Source of the DNA: Escherichia phage vB_EcoM_ECOO78
Sequence record: KY705409
DNA: 41,289 nucleotides
Direction: 5' to 3' (one strand)
Below, in pieces: positions 34,555-41,289 of this stretch. Within the stretch, counting starts at the first letter, position 1. Each line of letters starts with the position of its first letter. A program made the position numbers and the translations under genes. The notes under the pieces were generated by a model. The model made no database searches. It was not told where the DNA came from and was given only the letters and a program-made list of their open reading frames with translations.

Positions 34555-36600
34555 TTACGCGTTGCGGCCTAGGCAGAAGGATTCAACGCGGCGCACCGCA
34601 AAATCCACGTCCTGGAATACCACGATGCGCAGGCCACCGGATTTGCTCAGGCTGTACGGGTCAACAGTCATATCCAGGCCACCCCACATACCAACCACCA
34701 GGTCAGCGAAGTTGCCAAAGAACACGTCACCATCCTGCACCTGGTTGGTAACTTCGGCGCGGTAACCGTTCAGGGTGTTGCCCGGCTCCCAAATCACGCC
34801 AGCGTCAGCAACGGAAGAACCACTGGCAAACTTCGGCGTGGTTTTCGCAGCGCCACGGCCACGCGCGTTAAGCACATATGCCATGTTGTTCACGTCAGCG
34901 TTGTCAGCCGCGATTTCGGTTTCCATCTGCACCAGTTCCGCATAAGTCGGATTGGCTGCTGCGAAGTCTACCGCGTTAATGCCGGTGTAGTTCGCCAGGC
35001 CAAGCGGCTGGTTGCTGGTGCCTGTGCCGTAGTAACCAGCGTAATCAATCGCCTGCGCGATAGCTGCCACCAGGTCACCACGCACGATGGCTTCCGCATC
35101 CGGGGTGGATTGCATCAGCAGGCGGCGTGTAATGTCGGTGTATGCCGCAACAGTTTTCGGTGACAAGCCAAGCTGGCCGATGGTCGGCGTGGTTTCGGTT
35201 GCGTCATCACCTTCACCAATCCAGTAGGCAGTAGCACCGCCAGTCTGTTTTGGGATTTCGACGTTGCCAACCAGGCCGCCCATAGTACGCGCCAGGCGCA
35301 TGATGGTGGTGCGCGGGCGCAGCAGGTCGATGAACGAACCGGCCATAAAGTCAGTGCCAACCAGGTTAGAACCGGTTTGAGCGCCTGCCGGGGTGTTCGG
35401 TGCGCCACCAGCGTTGAATGCACGCAGAACATCGTCAGGGATCAGGATGCCTTTTGCACTGCGGCCATACTGCTGTTGCGCTGCGTGGCTGCATTCGATT
35501 TCAAACGCTGCGGCACGCTGTGCGGCTGCATCGTTCGGGTTAGCCAGAGCGCGAACCACGTTGAAAATGCTGTAGCGGCGGATGTCTTTGTCAGACATAC
35601 CAATCACGCTGGACGGCATTTCTGACAGCGGCTTGCTGCCTGAACGGGTGCCATCAGCCGGTTGTGCCGGGTCTTTCGGCTTGTTCAGGTGGTCCAGCAA
35701 GGAACGCTGGAAATCTTCGGCGGTGGTGCCTTCGCCAATCGCTTTCAAAGCCAGGTCACGTGCGTTGTACTTCTCGCCCATCTCAGTGATGGAACGCACG
35801 CGCGCTTTTTCAGCTTCACGGCCACGCTGTTCAGCGTTGCGCGTATCATCGCCAGCACGTTCCAGCATTTCCAGAACCTGCGTGATGTTGCCTTTTTCGT
35901 CTACCATTGCGCGCACCAGGTTACCGGCTGCGTCGCGCAGAATTTTTTCCATTCTAATGCCCTCAGATGCAATATTTGTTGGTGCTGGAACCTCTACGGT
36001 GCCCGCAGTATCGGATTTGCCGACGCGTTGTTCTTCTTGGGGTTTGTCAAACGCACGCCCAATGCCAACGCTGGTGTCAGCGGGAACGCTCACAATTGAA
36101 ATTTCGAACGGTTCCCATTCAGTGATGCGGTAGACATCCTGCCACTCGTCACGCGTTTCCTGTAGCTTGGCCGCTAACACGCGGTAGCCAACGGAAACAT
36201 GCTTGCGAATGCCGTCAACGATGTCCTGGAAAATCTCGTCAGCGCGTGCACTTCGGCCAAAGCGCACCACAGCCCGCCCCCGGCGGTCAGCGTCAATGCT
36301 GACTGATTCAACAACGCCCACCTGGTCAGTCCAATCGTGGTCAACCAGCAGCGCCCCACCGTCACGCAGACGGTCCAGGCGCACGCTTTCCGGCGAATGG
36401 TCCAGAATTTCGATACCGTACCAGCGTTCAACCTCGATTTCGGATGAAAACGCCAGTTCTACGGTGCGTTTTTCGGTGTCAAACTTGCGCACTTCCATAG
36501 TGCGCACCAGCCCGCCTTTGTTGAAATCAGGCAGCGTTTTGCTGTCTGATTTGCGGGTAAATTCGGCCCCAATGATGCTATTCAGCAGGTTTTTCTGCAT
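34555..36600 (-). CDS. Fused prohead protease, scaffold-like linker and HK97-fold major capsid protein
   Basis: 681 aa: N-terminal HK97-type prohead protease-like region, charged coiled-coil linker, C-terminal capsid-like domain; possible internal in-frame start at 35952 (GAGGG RBS). Confidence 0.75.
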   Translation of the reverse strand: MQKNLLNSIIGAEFTRKSDSKTLPDFNKGGLVRTMEVRKFDTEKRTVELAFSSEIEVERWYGIEILDHSPESVRLDRLRDGGALLVDHDWTDQVGVVESVSIDADRRGRAVVRFGRSARADEIFQDIVDGIRKHVSVGYRVLAAKLQETRDEWQDVYRITEWEPFEISIVSVPADTSVGIGRAFDKPQEEQRVGKSDTAGTVEVPAPTNIASEGIRMEKILRDAAGNLVRAMVDEKGNITQVLEMLERAGDDTRNAEQRGREAEKARVRSITEMGEKYNARDLALKAIGEGTTAEDFQRSLLDHLNKPKDPAQPADGTRSGSKPLSEMPSSVIGMSDKDIRRYSIFNVVRALANPNDAAAQRAAAFEIECSHAAQQQYGRSAKGILIPDDVLRAFNAGGAPNTPAGAQTGSNLVGTDFMAGSFIDLLRPRTTIMRLARTMGGLVGNVEIPKQTGGATAYWIGEGDDATETTPTIGQLGLSPKTVAAYTDITRRLLMQSTPDAEAIVRGDLVAAIAQAIDYAGYYGTGTSNQPLGLANYTGINAVDFAAANPTYAELVQMETEIAADNADVNNMAYVLNARGRGAAKTTPKFASGSSVADAGVIWEPGNTLNGYRAEVTNQVQDGDVFFGNFADLVVGMWGGLDMTVDPYSLSKSGGLRIVVFQDVDFAVRRVESFCLGRNA
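36032..36048 (-). repeat. Copy 3 of exact 17-bp motif, inside protease-capsid gene (encodes DKPQEE)
   Basis: Plus strand TCTTCTTGGGGTTTGTC. Confidence 0.9.
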
Positions 36601-38134
36601 TTTGCTGCCCCATTAACAGTGTTTTGTCCATGCCCATGCTTTGCATGACCAGTTTTTCCGCCATTTCTCGGCTGATACCGTGCTGCGTGTACGCCTCAAT
36701 CATGCGTGCCACGTCGCTAGCGGTTTCCTTCCAAACGGTGTCAGGGTCGCTGCCACCTTCACGGATGATGCGGCCAGGCGATTGCAGCATGTTGTTTTTT
36801 GATTTTTCAGCCGCTGCCACGTCAGATGACGGGTCAATCCAGGCCCAACGGCGTGGCTGCCATTCAATATTGCTGTAACGGTCTATGCGTTCCGGTTTCA
36901 GGCTGCGGCCCTTCACCGTGATGCGTCCAGACAGCAGGGCGCGCGGCAGCCAGGCGTCAAAAACAGGCTGGTGCAGGTTTTCGATTAGCCATTCCTGTAA
37001 TTCCTTCCAGCTTTCGCGCTCGTCAAGCGTGCCCTGGCGGATAGAACTGAAATTGACGCCTTCCAGGTCGTTGGCCAGGTTGTTGTAAGCAACACCCATG
37101 CCCGAAGCCATGCCGCGCAGCATTTGTTTGGTGAACACGGCAAATTCGCCGTTGGGGTATTGCGGTGACCAGTCTTTGACGCGTGCGCCCTGTGGCAGCA
37201 CCTGGAATTCACCCGGTTCACTGTCAATAATCAGTTCGTCATCATCTTCAAATTCAGGGCCAGCGGAATTTTCATCCCATTCAATGAACCCCATTTTGTT
37301 GGCACCGGCGCGCGCGTTGACCAGTGCGGCTTCTTCCATGCCGCCCAGGTGGCGCATACGAAACAGGCTGGTGGCCATCCAGGGCAGGCCGCGTTTCTGG
37401 CCCACCATGTCATCAAAAAAGCCGTGCAGGATTTCTTCCGCAGGCACGCGCACGAAGTCACGCCCGGACCAGCGGTAGTTTTCATCCGATTCATCAACGG
37501 TGCTGAAATAGTACGCGATAGGCCGCCCGTAGCGGTTAAATTCGATGCCCTGGCGGATGAAATTTCCGTTTGGCATCCGATCTTCAACCATGTCCACCGG
37601 GCAGCGTTGCGGGTCCAGCAGTTGCAGCGAGAAGCCCCACGGCCCTGCGTCAGCCCCGAACACCAGGCGCACGAAGAATTCACCGTCTTTGGCCACGCTG
37701 TTGACGCAGGCGGCCTGGATGGCGCGCCATGACAACTTCCCGGTCACGTCACAGTTAGTCTTTTTGCCCCATGCGTCAAACGCCAGTTCAATGGCTTCAT
37801 TCGCCAGGGTGTCCAGTTTTCCGGTGTTATCCTGGCTTTTTGCCTGCAACAGAACGCCTTTTGGCCCCACAATGTTTGTGCGGCACAGACGCAGGAACTT
37901 TTTGGCATAATCATTGTTGGCGGCCTGTTCGCGGGAACGGGCCACCAGGATGCGTTGATTTTTGGTAATGACTTCATCAGCCGTCAGCGGCTGCGTGCCC
38001 CACGCGGTGCCAAAACGGTCAACGCTGGCCCCGGTAAACATACGGGACGCCAGGCGGTTAAGCGGTAAACGCCGCGTGCGCGGCTGTTGTGCCTGTTCGG
38101 CAGGCTTATTTCTGGTAAATGGCCACAGTTTCAT
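36578..38134 (-). CDS. Portal protein (lambda gpB family)
   Basis: 518 aa; lies between terminase and protease-capsid genes; family call from memory of lambda-type portals. Confidence 0.8.
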   Translation of the reverse strand: MKLWPFTRNKPAEQAQQPRTRRLPLNRLASRMFTGASVDRFGTAWGTQPLTADEVITKNQRILVARSREQAANNDYAKKFLRLCRTNIVGPKGVLLQAKSQDNTGKLDTLANEAIELAFDAWGKKTNCDVTGKLSWRAIQAACVNSVAKDGEFFVRLVFGADAGPWGFSLQLLDPQRCPVDMVEDRMPNGNFIRQGIEFNRYGRPIAYYFSTVDESDENYRWSGRDFVRVPAEEILHGFFDDMVGQKRGLPWMATSLFRMRHLGGMEEAALVNARAGANKMGFIEWDENSAGPEFEDDDELIIDSEPGEFQVLPQGARVKDWSPQYPNGEFAVFTKQMLRGMASGMGVAYNNLANDLEGVNFSSIRQGTLDERESWKELQEWLIENLHQPVFDAWLPRALLSGRITVKGRSLKPERIDRYSNIEWQPRRWAWIDPSSDVAAAEKSKNNMLQSPGRIIREGGSDPDTVWKETASDVARMIEAYTQHGISREMAEKLVMQSMGMDKTLLMGQQNAEKPAE

Positions 38135-38673
38135 CAGCGAAGGCTCACCCGAACTTTACGCCCGAACGGGTTTTTGCCGCACTGCGCCTGCTTTTCGCGT
38201 GCTACTTCCAGGCGGTACAAGTCGCGCAGTTTCAGCAAATCCGCAATCGGGGTGCGATATAACTCGCGGTTATTGATGCGGTAGCGTTCCTGGTCCATCG
38301 TCGCGCGCTTCTCTATGACCGCTTCAATGGCTTCCAGGGTGCGTTGCGCGTGAGTTTTCCCGTTAAATCCATCACTGGCGCTGGCCAGGTCTGGCAGGAT
38401 GGTAATCTGGCCGTTTCCGGCCTCCATAACGTCATCGCCTTTGGTCGCGCGCAGCGAATACCAGTAATCGCCTGCTGGCCACGTTGCAGTGACGCCAGCG
38501 GCTGCGCGGATGACGTGATCGTTACCATCAGCGACGGCGTTGATGTTAATTGACTGCGGGCCGCGCAGCAGTAGCTGAACGGCCCATTCAGTTGCAGGAT
38601 AGCCGGGAAGCGTCAGGCGCGTCTCAAATGTCAATCCAGCAGTAATTTTCTGCGGTACTTGGCAGTTTTTCAC
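38134..38673 (-). CDS. Hypothetical protein between terminase and portal (head-tail joining / packaging accessory candidate)
   Basis: 179 aa ORF in the lambda W-equivalent position. Confidence 0.4.
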   Translation of the reverse strand: MKNCQVPQKITAGLTFETRLTLPGYPATEWAVQLLLRGPQSININAVADGNDHVIRAAAGVTATWPAGDYWYSLRATKGDDVMEAGNGQITILPDLASASDGFNGKTHAQRTLEAIEAVIEKRATMDQERYRINNRELYRTPIADLLKLRDLYRLEVAREKQAQCGKNPFGRKVRVSLR

Positions 38674-38679
38674 TATTTA

Positions 38680-40728
38680 TCACCAGCGGCTAACCCATCC
38701 ACCGCCACGGCGTTTGGATGCCCTGGCGGAACGTTTAATGGGCTTAGTCTCTGTGACTTGCTGTTTTTCTTCTTCTTGGGGTTTGTCATTGGCCGGTTGC
38801 GGCACTTCCACCGGTTTCACGATGGGTTTGACGTTCGGCAGCCGCTTGCGCCGTTCCGGTGGCGCGTTGTCGTTCGCTACGCCAAACTTTTCAGCCAGGC
38901 GGCGGAATGACGGCTGCATGATTTTAAGCGCGGCCAGCGCATAGTTGCGGCAGTCCAGTGCTTCGTTGCGCGCCCGGTCGGGTTTCTTCCACTCGCGGAT
39001 TGGCTGGCCCTTCACGTAACGCATGGTCAGCTTTTCAGCGGTGATTTGCTTAAACCATTCTTCATCGCGGTCAGCAGGGAAGTGGCAGAAACCTGGCCCC
39101 GGTGCCGTCTTGTTTAAACGCCGTGCGGTAATCAGCTTGGCTTCATCGGTGCCCACCAGGAATAAATCCACTTTGCGGGCATCCTTCCCGGATTGCTTGC
39201 GCTGCGGCTTCTCCACGATAGGACGGCCCCAACCGCCCACGCCTTTGATGGCAAACAGGCGGCGGCCTGTGCGCCCTCTGGCGTAGTCATAGGCGGCCTG
39301 CGTGTAACCGCTGGTGCCCCCGGTATCGAGACAGGCGGCCATAATCGGCATGATGGCCCCGGTTTCGTGCTGGTAGGTTTCCGCCAGCAGGTCATCCAGG
39401 GCATCCCAGGGGTCAGGCGTCAGCGGGTCACCCCACAGAACGTGGTAACCCAATGACCAGGATTCTTCACCCACGCCCCAGGCCACCACTTCGCATTCCA
39501 GGCGGTCAACCTGCATGTCTATGCCTGCGGTGATATACAGCCCACCAGCAGGCACCTGCGCTGCGTATTCCTCGCGGCGCGCCATCAGTGAATCCGGGTC
39601 AACCTTGTCGCCTTCTTCTTCCCAGGTGCGCGCCAGGCTGACGTTGGTGAAGGTTTGCAGGTCGTCAGTTTTCAGCTTGTCCAGGTAGTCACGCACGATG
39701 GCCGGAACTTTGCGGAATGTGCTGTATAGTTCGTTCAGGTGGTAGCTGGCGTGCCCTTCAAACGGCCTGGACGCCTTCCAGCCTGCGCCCTTTTCTTCGG
39801 CCTGGCGGATAGCCGCTATCCGTTCGCCGTCATTCCACTGCGCGCCGCACGATGGGCAGTACAGGTGCGCGGTTTCCGGCCTCTGTTCGTCGATGGCCGC
39901 CAGCGTTTCCGCGTCAGTTTCGCGCTGGCCATCCCATTTGACGTATTCCCATTCAAGCGTAACGTGATCGTCACAGTGCGGGCAGCAAACGAAGAAATGC
40001 CGCTGGTCGCCCATTTCATATGCTTTTTCGATGTAGGATTCCCCTTTAAGGGTAGGGGTGCTGATTTCCAGCAAAAACCGCTGGTCACCGAAGGTGGCAG
40101 AACGCTGCCACAGCAGGCCAACCGGGTGCCCTTCGCTGGTTCGTTCATATCCGTCTACCTCGTCACATACAATCAGCGGCGCTGAACGCCCGCGCATGGT
40201 CTTTGGCGAACCGGACCAGGCGAACATCAGGAACCCGCCAGGGTATGATTTCATTTTCTGGTTGTTCACCCCGTCGCGGCCACGCGGTTTGGCAATAGCG
40301 TTGTTTACCGGCGCGCATTCTTCCGCCAGCGGGTTGAATTTCGTTTCCAGCCAGGTGCGCAAGTCATCCTGGCTTGGCTGCATCATCATCTGGCTGCGCG
40401 GTTCAGCGGCTACGCTGTACGCCTGCACGCACAGTGCCAGCATGGTTTTGCCCACCTGCGCGCCCCACATCAGCGTTACGCGGTAGCAATCAGGGTCAAC
40501 CAGCATGTCCATTGGTTCGCGTTGGTATGGCGCGTTATCCAGGCGCAGCGGTCCTGGCACGGCGTTGCCAGACGGAATGCGGATGTTTGCCTGCGCCCAC
40601 TCTGACGGCTTCATGTCTGGCGGCGGCAACAATTGTTGTTGTGCGCGCCGGATGGCCTGGTCAATGCCTTCGATATTGGCAAACGGGTTATTCTTCGCTG
40701 TCACCGTCGCCCCCTTCGTCATAGCCAT
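38680..40728 (-). CDS. Terminase large subunit (lambda gpA family)
   Basis: 682 aa; Walker A-like GAQVGKT, Walker B LIVCDEVD; C-terminal basic tail. Confidence 0.85.
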   Translation of the reverse strand: MAMTKGATVTAKNNPFANIEGIDQAIRRAQQQLLPPPDMKPSEWAQANIRIPSGNAVPGPLRLDNAPYQREPMDMLVDPDCYRVTLMWGAQVGKTMLALCVQAYSVAAEPRSQMMMQPSQDDLRTWLETKFNPLAEECAPVNNAIAKPRGRDGVNNQKMKSYPGGFLMFAWSGSPKTMRGRSAPLIVCDEVDGYERTSEGHPVGLLWQRSATFGDQRFLLEISTPTLKGESYIEKAYEMGDQRHFFVCCPHCDDHVTLEWEYVKWDGQRETDAETLAAIDEQRPETAHLYCPSCGAQWNDGERIAAIRQAEEKGAGWKASRPFEGHASYHLNELYSTFRKVPAIVRDYLDKLKTDDLQTFTNVSLARTWEEEGDKVDPDSLMARREEYAAQVPAGGLYITAGIDMQVDRLECEVVAWGVGEESWSLGYHVLWGDPLTPDPWDALDDLLAETYQHETGAIMPIMAACLDTGGTSGYTQAAYDYARGRTGRRLFAIKGVGGWGRPIVEKPQRKQSGKDARKVDLFLVGTDEAKLITARRLNKTAPGPGFCHFPADRDEEWFKQITAEKLTMRYVKGQPIREWKKPDRARNEALDCRNYALAALKIMQPSFRRLAEKFGVANDNAPPERRKRLPNVKPIVKPVEVPQPANDKPQEEEKQQVTETKPIKRSARASKRRGGGWVSRW
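38771..38787 (-). repeat. Copy 4 of exact 17-bp motif, inside 3' end of terminase large-subunit gene (encodes DKPQEEE)
   Basis: Plus strand TCTTCTTGGGGTTTGTC. Confidence 0.9.
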
Positions 40729-41212
40729 CCAGCAGGGAAGCGGTCACCAGTGATTTCAGCACTTCGTCAATTTCGGCCATCATCACCGATTTGAACCGGC
40801 GTTCATCGGTTTCACCGATAAGCATTGAAACGGTGCGCTGTGGCAGGTTGCGCATACCGGCGCGCACTTCCGCGAAGGCGCGGGCAACGGCGCGTTCAAC
40901 CTGGTCCAATGGTGCCACTTCGCCTTTGGCTTTGGCCAGTTCCAGTTCTGCTTTTTCGGTTTCGGCTGCCAGCTTGCGGCGCTTCAATTCCGTTTCATCG
41001 GCCATCACGTCGCCGGTAGCCGCCTTCACGTCACGTTCACGCAACCAGGCCGCCACCTGCGCGGTGTCGTACTCCCATTCTTTACCGCGCCCGCCAAGTG
41101 TTACATAGGGCGCTCCGTCTTTTCGCCACTGGTCAACTGTTGGCGGTGCTACCCCGAAAACTTCCGCCAGGCCGCTGCGGTTTACTGTTCGGCCTTTTAT
41201 TGCTTTTGCCAA
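40688..41212 (-). CDS. Terminase small subunit (Nu1-like N-terminal HTH)
   Basis: N-terminal GLAEVFGVAPPTVDQWRKDGAP HTH; coiled-coil middle; acidic C-terminus; adjacent to genome end. Confidence 0.65.
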   Translation of the reverse strand: MAKAIKGRTVNRSGLAEVFGVAPPTVDQWRKDGAPYVTLGGRGKEWEYDTAQVAAWLRERDVKAATGDVMADETELKRRKLAAETEKAELELAKAKGEVAPLDQVERAVARAFAEVRAGMRNLPQRTVSMLIGETDERRFKSVMMAEIDEVLKSLVTASLLDGYDEGGDGDSEE

Positions 41213-41276
41213 TTAATGCCGCCTTATCTAATGCTAAAAACGATTTTGATTATCCACGCACAACGCGAATTATGCG

Positions 41277-41289
41277 GGACCAATGCCCC
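41277..41289. repeat. Terminal direct repeat GGACCAATGCCCC (right copy)
   Basis: Identical to nt 1-13. Confidence 0.6.

Noticed and set aside
1-41289. Integrase, transposase or CI-type repressor
   Set aside because: No ORF shows a tyrosine/serine recombinase or Mu-transposase pattern and no repressor gene lies in the divergent control region; none reported.

Overview
The window reads as a complete ~41.3 kb cos-type tailed-phage genome: the first and last 13 nt are identical (GGACCAATGCCCC) and lambda-gpA-type terminase genes abut the right end. All calls are from reading the sequence and ORF translations by eye; no database search or folding was run. Layout: (1) 102-2272, minus strand: lysis cassette (holin, second membrane protein, lambda-R-like endolysin, overlapping Rz/Rz1 spanins) preceded by a Mor-family activator. 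(2) 2330-2660: dense GGTGAC(A/C)A iteron-like array around an AT-rich core. (3) 2685-11467, minus strand: early-left operon with DUF551 protein, DNA methyltransferase moron, P4-alpha-like primase-helicase, small regulators, VRR-NUC nuclease, secreted protein and SF2 helicase. (4) 11468-11725: divergent control region. (5) 11741-15719, plus strand: recombination module (PD-(D/E)xK exonuclease, Sak4-like ATPase, SSB) plus an HNH endonuclease. (6) 15750-16290: non-coding region ending in a tRNA 3'-end-like fragment and a hairpin. (7) 16292-41212, minus strand: one long late operon with terminase, lambda-type portal, fused protease-scaffold-capsid gene, P2-type baseplate, tail fibre/spike, sheath, tube, chaperone, tape measure and U/X/D genes, then an accessory cluster with a ParB-like protein. 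No integrase or CI-type repressor was found. The most unusual signal is an exact 17-bp motif (minus-strand GACAAACCCCAAGAAGA) present four times, same orientation, in the late operon, in both coding and intergenic positions. Other recurring elements are a conserved bipartite upstream element, a shared translation-initiation cassette and a family of UUCG-loop hairpins.
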